Below, one piece after another: positions 9,273-18,645 of a DNA stretch of 64,000 nucleotides (positions within the stretch are counted from its first letter, which is position 1; the number at the start of each line of letters is the position of its first letter). The position numbers and the translations under genes are program-made. This DNA comes from a virus, in IMG/VR virus record IMGVR_UViG_3300027833_001604, positions 1-64,000 of that record. The stretch is one strand, 5' to 3'. The notes beneath the pieces were generated by a model. The model was not told where the DNA came from and made no database searches. It was given only the letters and a program-made list of their open reading frames with translations.

Positions 9273-10496
9273 GTGTCTACACCAAGCGAAAATCTAATTA
9301 AAAAATACAACAAATCATTCTGTGTTAAACCATTCACAGAAATATCTAATTCTGCGGTTGGACATAGACAACTTTGTTGTAGAAGCGAAACAATAATTAA
9401 AACAAGTGATGTTAGTAGTTCTTCTATAACCGAAGACTTTTTTAACCACTCAAAGATGAATGAGATAAGAAGAAAAATGTTAGCAGGTGAAACTGTTGAC
9501 GAATGTTGGATGTGTGCAGAATCTGAAGCTATGAGAGGAACATCACATAGAACATTTATAATGCAAGACTTCGATCAAGCTGAAGTTGATGAAATATTTA
9601 AAACTGGTAAAGTAGAATTAAGATCTTTAGACATACGTTTTGGGACTAAATGTAACCTAGCATGTGTAATGTGTAGTCCTGGTAGCAGTAGTTTAATTGC
9701 AAAAGAAGAAGCTGATGATGAATATCAAGTAGTAGACTTAAATGATTTTTCATTAGATGCTATTAAAAAACATTCAAAAGGTATTGTGTTATTCAAAACA
9801 ACAGGTGGCGAACCTATGTTGTTGCCAGCATATAAGAAAACACTTGAGTTTTTTGTAGAGAAAGACCTTGCAAAGAATATAGAGTTTACAACTATTACAA
9901 ACGGCACAGTTGATTACAGCAACTTAATGCCGTTAATGAATCAGTTTAAACATTTTAAAATTAGTCATAGTATAGATGCTGCAGACGAGTCATATAATTA
10001 TGTTAGATGGCCTGGAAAAATGTCACGCATAGAGCGTATACATAAATGTGTCATAGAAAATGCTAAACCATATAAAAACATAAGACTTGAGTTTGGTGCA
10101 ACTATACATGTATTAAATGTAAATCAAGTAGTAAAGATTGCCAAATACTTAGCTGGATTAGATCAAATTGTTGAAGATAATTATGCAGTAGACATGGTAT
10201 ACGATCCAGACTATATGCAACCAGGGTTAGTTCCTAAACAAGTAATAGATGATTTAGAAAATGAATACCACGAATGGAGTAAGGTAGCTCCAACAGGATA
10301 CAGAGGACGAAAAGAATTGTTTGACTTTATTAAGGTTTTGCGTTATAATTATGATAAAATAAATAGTAATAAGGAACACAAACAAGAATTACTTGATCAA
10401 CTAGAAGCTAAAACAATATTTTGGAAAGCTAAAAGAAACCTAGATGTTCGTGATTATATTCCATATTATGAGGTGATGCAAACTAAATGCGAATAG
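9273..10496 (+). CDS. radical SAM protein with N-terminal twitch/SPASM-like domain
   Basis: CVKPF...LCC...CWMC, then CNLACVMC and GGEP. Confidence 0.88.
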   Translation: MSTPSENLIKKYNKSFCVKPFTEISNSAVGHRQLCCRSETIIKTSDVSSSSITEDFFNHSKMNEIRRKMLAGETVDECWMCAESEAMRGTSHRTFIMQDFDQAEVDEIFKTGKVELRSLDIRFGTKCNLACVMCSPGSSSLIAKEEADDEYQVVDLNDFSLDAIKKHSKGIVLFKTTGGEPMLLPAYKKTLEFFVEKDLAKNIEFTTITNGTVDYSNLMPLMNQFKHFKISHSIDAADESYNYVRWPGKMSRIERIHKCVIENAKPYKNIRLEFGATIHVLNVNQVVKIAKYLAGLDQIVEDNYAVDMVYDPDYMQPGLVPKQVIDDLENEYHEWSKVAPTGYRGRKELFDFIKVLRYNYDKINSNKEHKQELLDQLEAKTIFWKAKRNLDVRDYIPYYEVMQTKCE

Positions 10497-10900
10497 TATT
10501 AAAAAGATTAACTACAAAAGACTTATATAAATTAACATCTATATTAGATTATGATACTGCTATATTGGCAAATATTGATTGGCCATTTAATAGAAGTGCA
10601 GCAATGCAATTTATTAATGATTATAATACATGGGGAGTTTGGGTTAACCAAGACACATTAGTAGGAGCTGTTGAAGTGAAAAACGATTTAGAAACAGCAT
10701 ATTTTATTAAAAAGGGCTGGCGAAACACAGGCGTAGGCACACGTGCCATCGAACTATGTGTTAAAGAATTTGGCGACCAACAATTATGGTGTGTTATTAA
10801 TCCAGACAATAAAGCAAGTTTAAAAGTAGCACAAAAAGGCGGTTTACGAGTAAAATTTATTGACAATGATAGTAAAGACGTAATTACTGTTGTAAAATAG
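10487..10900 (+). CDS. GNAT acetyltransferase (RimJ/RimL-like)
   Basis: WRNTGVGTRA motif A and NKASLKVAQKGG motif B. Confidence 0.85.
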   Translation: MRIVLKRLTTKDLYKLTSILDYDTAILANIDWPFNRSAAMQFINDYNTWGVWVNQDTLVGAVEVKNDLETAYFIKKGWRNTGVGTRAIELCVKEFGDQQLWCVINPDNKASLKVAQKGGLRVKFIDNDSKDVITVVK

Positions 10901-10908
10901 AGAATGAT

Positions 10909-11166
10909 ATGGCTAATAAGAAGATTACCAAAGAAGATCAAACAGCTACAGAGGGTCCAATGAACAATGTAGCTAGTGAAGATGCAATGGTTTATGCTAA
11001 TGCTAACCCAGATAAACCGCTTGATGTTAAACGAAAACGTATTGTTGTAGCTAAAAAACAACAAATAAAGAAAAGTAGTAAGAAAGCAAACCGAAGAATT
11101 AATAACAGTTTGCTGAAAAATATAGATGAATTGCAAAAAGATAAGCAAAAGAAATCAAATAGATAA
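10909..11166 (+). CDS. basic hypothetical protein
   Basis: Lys-rich ORF in operon position. Confidence 0.6.
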   Translation: MANKKITKEDQTATEGPMNNVASEDAMVYANANPDKPLDVKRKRIVVAKKQQIKKSSKKANRRINNSLLKNIDELQKDKQKKSNR

Positions 11167-11169
11167 ATA
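11163..11169 (+). promoter_or_regulatory. late promoter, leaderless arrangement
   Basis: ATAAATA-ctagt-ATG(11175). Confidence 0.75.
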
Positions 11170-11174
11170 CTAGT

Positions 11175-11369
11175 ATGAAAATATATGACATCATAACAGA
11201 AGATGCTGAAGCAGGTTCTACAATGGCAGGTAATATTGCCAGTGTTTCTTTTCCATTATTTGGAAAAAAGAAGATGATCAGGCGTGCTGTTGATCCAAAA
11301 GGATATTTAGGTGACGGTAAGATTAAAAAACAATCTACTGGATACAATACGGAGGTTAAGTTAAAATGA
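11175..11369 (+). CDS. small putative head protein
   Basis: MKIYDIITE leader followed by DAEAGSTMAGNIASV. Confidence 0.7.
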   Translation: MKIYDIITEDAEAGSTMAGNIASVSFPLFGKKKMIRRAVDPKGYLGDGKIKKQSTGYNTEVKLK

Positions 11370-11665
11370 AGATTAACGAGATCAACGAATCAATATACCA
11401 GATGAATCCTGAAGAACCAATGAATCCTGAAGTCTTAATACAAGGTTATGGTAGATTAAATTTAAAGCAATTAGAAGATAAAGTAAGCAGAATGTTCGAA
11501 GAGCTTGCGGTTAGAGCCAAACAAGGCGATTGGGAAGGTGTGCAACACAACCTAAACAAAGGCCTAGTGCAGGAATTTATTAAAACCATCAATGTAGCAT
11601 ATGATGAGTTAGAACAAAAACGAAGACGCGGCGGTAAGAACAGTCGTGGCATCAATCAGAGGTAA
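11366..11665 (+). CDS. putative head protein
   Basis: MKINEINE leader; GGAGG RBS. Confidence 0.7.
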   Translation: MKINEINESIYQMNPEEPMNPEVLIQGYGRLNLKQLEDKVSRMFEELAVRAKQGDWEGVQHNLNKGLVQEFIKTINVAYDELEQKRRRGGKNSRGINQR

Positions 11666-11670
11666 CGACT

Positions 11671-12795
11671 ATGAGCAATAAAATTGACAACACATTTAGC
11701 AAAGCAGCAATCGAATTAGCTAAATTAGAAAAAGCATTTGCTGAGAATAGCAAATTAGAAAAAGCAGTTATGGAATCAAACGGAGATGTTTCAGTTATAG
11801 CTGAAGTTAGATCTCACATAGCACAAGCAATTAAATCATTAACACCACAAACTATTACAGAAGGTGTATTAGATGATGATGACGATGATGGGTTTATGGC
11901 CCGCAGTCAACTATACTTCTTAGCCAGAGATGCAATTAAGTTGCACAGCGTTATAGATGATAGAGATGACTTGGAGCCATGGGTTCAAAGTAAAATTGCT
12001 CAAGCTAGTAAAGACATGGATTCAGTTCGTCGTTACACTGAATACAATGCCATGAAAGCTCAAGTAGAACCAGAGATGCAGCCAGAAATGCAACCAGCGC
12101 CAGAAGTAGAATCATTAGAAGAAGATCCAGTAGATCGTAAAATGCAAGTAACAAATGCTGATAAAGAGGGAAACACTCCAGCATGGCAACGTTATAAAGC
12201 AGGTGATCCTAGATATGAATACAAAGCACCAGTAAAAGAGTTTGCCGGAGCAGATGGTCCAGGTAAAGCAAGTATGCCACAGGGCATTGCACTAGCAGGT
12301 GATAGCATTTGGTTAAACAGAGACGGAATGCAGTATGCAGATGACGTTGTAACAATTACAGATTACAAAGTTGAAGAAACTGACGGTATGATTGAAGTAT
12401 GGGTAGAACATAATGCTCCTTGGGAAATTTATACAGACTCAGGTTTTGCAAAAGGTATCAGCAGAATACTAGGTATTGATGTTGACTGGAGTGAACAAGG
12501 TATGCAAGCACAAGGTGTAGCACATTTAGAAGGCGACACTGACCTAGATGAAGCTATTCGTCCAGTAAGAAGTGCAGCTTCTAAACTAAACCAAATTGGA
12601 CAAGGCGTTCGTAATAAAACTAATGACGAAACACCAATGAAAGTTGGCGAACAGAAAAAGAAAAAGAAATACAAAGAAGCAGTTGCAGAAGAAACTAAGT
12701 TTGATGATAAGCCAGAGCACAGTGAATTAAAAACAGTTGCACAGGACATGTTTAAGAATGCATTAGCAAACGCTAAGAAAAAAGCGAGGAAATAA
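11671..12795 (+). CDS. acidic modular putative head/core protein
   Basis: MARSQLY...LEPWVQSKI module; many [ILV]-x-E junctions. Confidence 0.65.
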   Translation: MSNKIDNTFSKAAIELAKLEKAFAENSKLEKAVMESNGDVSVIAEVRSHIAQAIKSLTPQTITEGVLDDDDDDGFMARSQLYFLARDAIKLHSVIDDRDDLEPWVQSKIAQASKDMDSVRRYTEYNAMKAQVEPEMQPEMQPAPEVESLEEDPVDRKMQVTNADKEGNTPAWQRYKAGDPRYEYKAPVKEFAGADGPGKASMPQGIALAGDSIWLNRDGMQYADDVVTITDYKVEETDGMIEVWVEHNAPWEIYTDSGFAKGISRILGIDVDWSEQGMQAQGVAHLEGDTDLDEAIRPVRSAASKLNQIGQGVRNKTNDETPMKVGEQKKKKKYKEAVAEETKFDDKPEHSELKTVAQDMFKNALANAKKKARK

Positions 12796-12797
12796 TT

Positions 12798-13835
12798 ATG
12801 AAAGCTGATCAATTAAACGAGAAATTCGACAAAGCAGATTGGGATGAAAATGAATCGCATAACCTACATACTGAAAATGCAGTAGAGCTTGCTCATGCAT
12901 TTGGAACTCGAGACGAAGTAGAAGCTATGGAAAGAATAGCTGATCAGCATATGCGTAGAGGACACATTCTACCACACGAAATTGAAGAACGTAGTGCATT
13001 AATGAAGAAGTATTATAACATGTTAGAGAATGAAACAAATCCAACTGTTAGATCTAAAATGGAAGGCTACAAAGTTATGCCTCCAATGGATAGCAAGTAT
13101 GTAGCACGTAAAGGACTTGAAGGTCCTTTTACTACATTAAGCGGTAAGGTTGTTTATTACGATCCTAAAGAAGGAAAGTATTACGATCCAGACACAGACA
13201 TTTATCTTTCATACGATGAATTCCAACAGTATGATAACGATTACAGTGGCATAGGTGATGAAGAAGCAGATGATTTTGTTAAAGATATTGAACCAAAAGA
13301 AACTGTAAAAGGCCCAAGAGGTCATTTAAGTTCTATTGTAAATGCAGGCAAAGACATAGAAGATGAATCGTTTGAAGTTAACCCAAATGCAGGACACAGA
13401 GACCAAATGGCACATCCAGAAAATCAAATGGGCACAGGCCCAGGAATTAAAACTAAGCCAAAGTTACGTCCAGCACAACTTGGTAAGAAATTTCCAAAAA
13501 CTAAGCCAAAGTTACGCCCAGATAATTTAGGCGAAGCAGGCGGATATTATACACAACCAGTATATGATATGATTGAACAGCATGGTTATGAAAAAGTAAT
13601 GCACGAACTATTAACAAGTTTAGATGCAGATGTAATTCAAGACTTTTTACAACGTGCAGAGTTTGATGAATCAGTAAGTGAGACACTAAGTCCAGAAGAG
13701 AAAAAACTAGTTGCTAAAATGTATAACAAAGATGGCACACTAACTGATCTAGGCAAAAAAGTTATGAGAGAAGGCAAATACGTTAGCGATGCACAACGCA
13801 AAGCGGTTCATGCCTCAAAAGCGGAGAAAAAATAA
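12798..13835 (+). CDS. modular putative head protein
   Basis: MKADQLNE leader; GLEGPF...YYDPKEGKYYDP, KTKPKLRP x2 and SDAQRKAVHA modules. Confidence 0.65.
   Translation: MKADQLNEKFDKADWDENESHNLHTENAVELAHAFGTRDEVEAMERIADQHMRRGHILPHEIEERSALMKKYYNMLENETNPTVRSKMEGYKVMPPMDSKYVARKGLEGPFTTLSGKVVYYDPKEGKYYDPDTDIYLSYDEFQQYDNDYSGIGDEEADDFVKDIEPKETVKGPRGHLSSIVNAGKDIEDESFEVNPNAGHRDQMAHPENQMGTGPGIKTKPKLRPAQLGKKFPKTKPKLRPDNLGEAGGYYTQPVYDMIEQHGYEKVMHELLTSLDADVIQDFLQRAEFDESVSETLSPEEKKLVAKMYNKDGTLTDLGKKVMREGKYVSDAQRKAVHASKAEKK
13449..13516 (+). repeat. 20-bp direct repeat encoding part of KTKPKLRP
   Basis: aaaactaagccaaagttacg at 13449-13468 and 13497-13516. Confidence 0.85.
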
Positions 13836-14866
13836 TGGGTATATTAAGCGATATAGTAAATGAAGATAAGGTAGAGATGTGCCCAGAAGCATGTTGTGGA
13901 AAGCCTATAACAGAATGCAAATGTGGACCAGATTGCGAACACTGTGATTGTCATTCAAAAAATGCAATAAACGAAGGCACACAAGGTTGTGCTGATTGCG
14001 AATGGATTAAAGACGAAACAGACGGCGACATCACTACATGTGATGATTGTGCTGCAGAAAAACGTGAAAAAACTAATGAAGCAGAAAAGCGTTGGAAACA
14101 AACTAGTATGTCTCCACAAGAAGCAATAGCAAAATACGGCAAACCAAACGTAAAAGTTAAAAAAGGTGCATTGCGTAATGGCGATGACATGGTAGAAGTA
14201 TTTGTTGAAGGTTATAAGATCCGTGACAAATCACGTGGATATGGCGTAGCAGATGCGACATATAAAACACGTAAAGCAGCCCAAGATGCGGCAATAATGA
14301 AAGCGGCTTCAAACGGCGGCGATTGGGAAGTATTTGTTGAATCATATTCACCAGGTGATGTAGCTGAACTAGTAGGTGATATACATTATTCTAACAATCA
14401 TTATGATAGAGATGAGAGAAAAAGCGAAATGCAGGCCGATGCAGCCAAGCTAATGATGGCAGCAAAAAGCACAGGTGACGAAGATATTATAGCCAGTGCA
14501 GAATCTGTAGAACATTTGTGTCATCACTATGATTATGATGAAGCCAAAGATATGTTAAACAATAAACTACAAGAACTTAATCAGTTAGTAGGTGGCAACG
14601 AATTAGAAGTAGAAGAATCATATTCACCAGGTGATGAAATGGAAGATGGCGTAGTAAGTAATTGCTGTGGTGCTCCATTAATGGACTACAATGATGGACA
14701 TGGTAGATGTAGTGATTGTAAAGAAATGGCAGCCGGTGAAACTGATGAAGAATACTACGAATCAAAAGTTATGCAAGCCAGAGAACAAATAGCTCAAGAA
14801 GAATCACCTGTAATCGAAGCGGATGCCGAACTACAAAGGATTCAAGACTTAGTTAAGTTTAGATAA
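13835..14866 (+). CDS. Cys-rich modular putative head protein
   Basis: MGILSDIVNE leader; three Cys clusters; duplicated EVFVE and ESYSPGD junctions. Confidence 0.65.
   Translation: MGILSDIVNEDKVEMCPEACCGKPITECKCGPDCEHCDCHSKNAINEGTQGCADCEWIKDETDGDITTCDDCAAEKREKTNEAEKRWKQTSMSPQEAIAKYGKPNVKVKKGALRNGDDMVEVFVEGYKIRDKSRGYGVADATYKTRKAAQDAAIMKAASNGGDWEVFVESYSPGDVAELVGDIHYSNNHYDRDERKSEMQADAAKLMMAAKSTGDEDIIASAESVEHLCHHYDYDEAKDMLNNKLQELNQLVGGNELEVEESYSPGDEMEDGVVSNCCGAPLMDYNDGHGRCSDCKEMAAGETDEEYYESKVMQAREQIAQEESPVIEADAELQRIQDLVKFR
14195..14636 (+). repeat. two pairs of exact direct repeats bounding protein modules
   Basis: gaagtatttgttgaa at 14195-14209 and 14327-14341; gaatcatattcaccaggtgatg at 14339-14360 and 14615-14636. 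Confidence 0.9.
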
Positions 14867-14877
14867 GGAATAATAAA

Positions 14878-15918
14878 ATGAGATTACACCATTTATTTGA
14901 AAAGTCAATTGATCCTAAGCAGGCTAAAAAGATGCAACGTATCTATGCCAAGATGCAAGAAAATCCAGCAGTTATTGACGAGCTATGGAAGACAGTATCA
15001 ACAATGACTGCCGCAGAGGGTGGTGAACTTAAAAATAGAATACTTGTAGCAGTAGATCCAAAAAATACAGGCAATGAACAAGACCAAACATATGCAGAAG
15101 GTTTTATCGAAGGCTTAGTTAATGCTATTGATAAAACAGAAGGCACCACTGAAGAACGCATTGCGTTTGCTAAAGGGCTAGGAAAAGTAAGTCATATCGA
15201 TTCAACTGCATTACTACAACCATTAGCTGGTTGGGGTGACTGGTTAACTGGTACTGATTTCAGTAAAAGACTATTTGAAACATTATTTCTTGACCCAGCG
15301 TTCTTACAAGCAAACAAAGGACCAGGTGAATTTGCACTTGCAATACTAAGTCCTGATATTTCACTTACTGGTGCTAAGGGCGATATTCAAGTCAAGGGTA
15401 AACCAATTGAAGTAAAGTCAGGAAAAACAAGTTCTGGTGGTAGATTAACACCAACTGATGGAACACTTGGACAGTTATACAAGAACAAAGAATTTTGGGC
15501 AGCTATTGCAGGTGAAGATGAAGCAAAAGCAGGACAGTTAGCAGGTGTTAATAAAGTTAATGCAAACAACTATGCACAATTCTTAGATCAATACAACTTA
15601 GGTCCTGAACAATCAACACAAATATTAAAAGCAATCTTTAAACACCCAGATGCAGCACCGATGGCACAGTCAATTGGTAGATCTGGAACAAATGTAACAG
15701 CAGCAGACTTAATTAAGTTGTCAGTAAAGAACTATGGTGCATCACAAGGTGACGATCATTTCCTAATCCTACAAAAAGACATTAGAGCAAGTTTATATTT
15801 TGATGTAGACAACTTAGATCCAGTGCTTAATAGACTATCCTTCTCATTACCATTAATTGATAGTGATGCAAGAAGCCAAGGTAAAGCACAAATTGGTATC
15901 TTAAAGAAATCAAGATAA
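14878..15918 (+). CDS. PD-(D/E)XK nuclease-like protein
   Basis: GPGEFALA...GDIQVKGKPIEVK signature; MRLHHLFE leader. Confidence 0.55.
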   Translation: MRLHHLFEKSIDPKQAKKMQRIYAKMQENPAVIDELWKTVSTMTAAEGGELKNRILVAVDPKNTGNEQDQTYAEGFIEGLVNAIDKTEGTTEERIAFAKGLGKVSHIDSTALLQPLAGWGDWLTGTDFSKRLFETLFLDPAFLQANKGPGEFALAILSPDISLTGAKGDIQVKGKPIEVKSGKTSSGGRLTPTDGTLGQLYKNKEFWAAIAGEDEAKAGQLAGVNKVNANNYAQFLDQYNLGPEQSTQILKAIFKHPDAAPMAQSIGRSGTNVTAADLIKLSVKNYGASQGDDHFLILQKDIRASLYFDVDNLDPVLNRLSFSLPLIDSDARSQGKAQIGILKKSR

Positions 15919-15919
15919 T

Positions 15920-16195
15920 ATGTGGGATACTATTACACAACTGGCAACAGAAAGGTTGTGGATTTACACAGCATTAGCAGGAAGTATATTTGGTGCATTA
16001 TTCATTTACTGGATAAGAGACACATACATTGCCTTTTGGGCAATAAATAAGTGGGAAGCAATACTAGACTTCCTAGTCAATCGTTGGGGCTGGAGCTGGT
16101 TTAAACATAACCCAGACGCATGGAAGGCCGCTAACCCAAAACTTACAAAAAAGATAGAAGAACTAGAAGCTCGTATTAAAAAACTAGAAAAGTAA
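15920..16195 (+). CDS. small membrane protein with C-terminal coiled coil
   Basis: One TM helix; KKIEELEARIKKLE. Confidence 0.65.
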   Translation: MWDTITQLATERLWIYTALAGSIFGALFIYWIRDTYIAFWAINKWEAILDFLVNRWGWSWFKHNPDAWKAANPKLTKKIEELEARIKKLEK

Positions 16196-16202
16196 GTATA
16201 AT

Positions 16203-16994
16203 ATGGATAAAGTATTAATAATAGGTTGTAGCTTTTCAGCAGGCTGGTATGAACTTCAGATTAAATATCCTCACATTTCAAAGGTTACGGAAGAAAAAGT
16301 ATTTCATGACTATGGATGGTATGACGAATTGCCTGACCATAATCAATATACAGTGTATGCACACCCAGGTGGTGGATATTTAAACTATGCTTACCTATTA
16401 TATCAACTTTATAACTCTGGAGAACTCCAGAAATATTCTAAATGTATAATACAAGAAACGTGGGAACCTCGTATTTCTTTGTATCAGACCGACAATTATT
16501 CGCTCGACAGAAAAGAAGAAAAAATACATTTTTATCTTAAACACTGCAAGTTAGAGTTTATAAAAAGTATGGCTCTTATGGAACAAGGTAACATAATTAA
16601 CACATTACAAACAACATTTGACGTAGAGCTAACCGTGCCGTGGAAAAATTACTTGACAGATATTGGAAATTCTATATACTTAGAGGCAGCAGTAGATAGT
16701 AGTGCATTAGCAATTGATCGTCTTTTACAAGATGCAAATATTCCTACTTATAGGTTTTGTGTCAACCTATCCAGTGTTGATAGATTCGACGATAGCATTA
16801 GTAACAATAAATGGCCACATATAAAACATATGAAACAGATGGATATGTTGAATGAAATGAGTGAAATATACAAACATCATTTATGCTGGCCAAAAGGAAC
16901 TCATTTCCCAGATGAAAGATCAGGCCATTTAACGAAGCATGGAACAATGTTACTTGGAAAACTAGTAGCAACTAAATTAACAGACTTTTTGTAA
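16203..16994 (+). CDS. SGNH-like protein (paralog 1)
   Basis: IIGCSFSAG ... GHLT..G. Confidence 0.6.
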   Translation: MDKVLIIGCSFSAGWYELQIKYPHISKVTEEKVFHDYGWYDELPDHNQYTVYAHPGGGYLNYAYLLYQLYNSGELQKYSKCIIQETWEPRISLYQTDNYSLDRKEEKIHFYLKHCKLEFIKSMALMEQGNIINTLQTTFDVELTVPWKNYLTDIGNSIYLEAAVDSSALAIDRLLQDANIPTYRFCVNLSSVDRFDDSISNNKWPHIKHMKQMDMLNEMSEIYKHHLCWPKGTHFPDERSGHLTKHGTMLLGKLVATKLTDFL

Positions 16995-17011
16995 AGAGAT
17001 AGTGATATACA

Positions 17012-17782
17012 TTGAAAGATAAAGTATTAATAATAGGTTGTAGCTTTTCAGCAGGCTGGTGGACACTCGCAGAGAATCAAGGTAAAAAGAATACAAGTGC
17101 ATGCGAAGATTTACATGACGATTATGGATGGTATGATGAGCTTCCTAGCGAGGATGAATACACAATCTATTCACATCCAGCTGGTGGATATTTAAATTAT
17201 GCTCATCTAATTAATAAACTATCAGATTCTGGAGAGCTAAGTCAATATTCTAAATGTATAATACAAGAAACATGGGAACCACGTGTTTGTTTATTTGTGC
17301 ATGATGATTATATGCCTGTTTTATCCAGAGACAATATACATTTATATCAACAACGTGGTTTAAAATCATTTGTAAAGAATATGATATTACCAGGTAAAAG
17401 TGGATTAGTAGATGATATATCAAAAAGATGGTTTACTAGGTTTAGCGATGCTCAAAAAAACTACTTGACAGATATTGGAAACTCTGTATACTTAGATACA
17501 GCAATAGAAAGCAGTGCATTAGCAATTGATCGCATATTACAAAATGCAAATATTCCTGCTTATAGATTTAATGTTAGTGAAAAGCAAAATCATTTAGAAC
17601 TATCACATATAAGACACATAACTGAACTAGATATACACAAAGAAATGTTTACAATTTTTGATATACATAGAACTGGATCAGGATTGCCAGAACCACTTGG
17701 CACGTTAGGTGGACATCTAACAAAACAAGGAACAAAACTAATGGGCAAAGCAGTAGCCAATAAATTAAAGGATTTTTTGTGA
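17012..17782 (+). CDS. SGNH-like protein (paralog 2, tandem duplicate)
   Basis: Same motifs; 43 bp identical between 16206-16248 and 17018-17060. Confidence 0.6.
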   Translation: MKDKVLIIGCSFSAGWWTLAENQGKKNTSACEDLHDDYGWYDELPSEDEYTIYSHPAGGYLNYAHLINKLSDSGELSQYSKCIIQETWEPRVCLFVHDDYMPVLSRDNIHLYQQRGLKSFVKNMILPGKSGLVDDISKRWFTRFSDAQKNYLTDIGNSVYLDTAIESSALAIDRILQNANIPAYRFNVSEKQNHLELSHIRHITELDIHKEMFTIFDIHRTGSGLPEPLGTLGGHLTKQGTKLMGKAVANKLKDFL

Positions 17783-18645
17783 AACAACTATACCTAGTAT
17801 GCACCCGTAGTGCGGTTACCGCCAGTGCATTAACATATATAATTAACTCAAGCCCAGACTTTTATAACATGTCACACAATAATCTGTGGCTAGAAGAAAA
17901 TAGTGAATGGTTTGGTAAAGCACACATCATTAATGATTGGTGGAATGTGCATGATAGTATTTCAAAAGCGTATGATCCAGATTTTAGAAACAACATAGAG
18001 TTATCAGAAGAAAAACTAATTGCAGTTGTTGATGCATGGAATGATTTTCCAAGCAATAAACATTTATGTCTGTTTACACATGCCCGTAACACAGCAGATA
18101 TTATGCACTATGCACAGAAGAACAATTTACCTGTTAAAGTAGTTACAACAATTATGGGCAACAATTCACATCATTTTATCAGTGCATTTTTACGCAGAGA
18201 ATATAATGATGAAATGAACTCATTTGATGATATATTTGAAATATGGAAATACATATACTATCAACTATCACATCAAGATGACGTATGGCAAGAATCATAT
18301 GACTATTGTTTCCAAATGTCAGACTGGTTACATAATCCAACAGACTTGTATACTACATTAGGTGTAGAAACATGTGCTGATATTAGCATATGGACTGATC
18401 AATACTTAAAATGGAATGATAGTGACTATCTTGTAGAACCAAAAGATACTATGTTTAATGATAACGTAGTAACACGTATGGAATTCCTCACCTGGGCATT
18501 TAACAATGCAACAAATCTAAATAACAGTTCAGAAAAGATTAAGTTTGCTATTTTATTATACACCATGTATAACGACCACTACACAAATACCCCACAACAA
18601 TTTATCAAAGATGCCCAGAAAACATTAGGCATTGACTTGACATAA
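17779..18645 (+). CDS. hypothetical protein, possibly sulfotransferase-like
   Basis: N-terminal strand plus RSAVTASALTYIINS helix. Confidence 0.45.
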   Translation: MKQLYLVCTRSAVTASALTYIINSSPDFYNMSHNNLWLEENSEWFGKAHIINDWWNVHDSISKAYDPDFRNNIELSEEKLIAVVDAWNDFPSNKHLCLFTHARNTADIMHYAQKNNLPVKVVTTIMGNNSHHFISAFLRREYNDEMNSFDDIFEIWKYIYYQLSHQDDVWQESYDYCFQMSDWLHNPTDLYTTLGVETCADISIWTDQYLKWNDSDYLVEPKDTMFNDNVVTRMEFLTWAFNNATNLNNSSEKIKFAILLYTMYNDHYTNTPQQFIKDAQKTLGIDLT

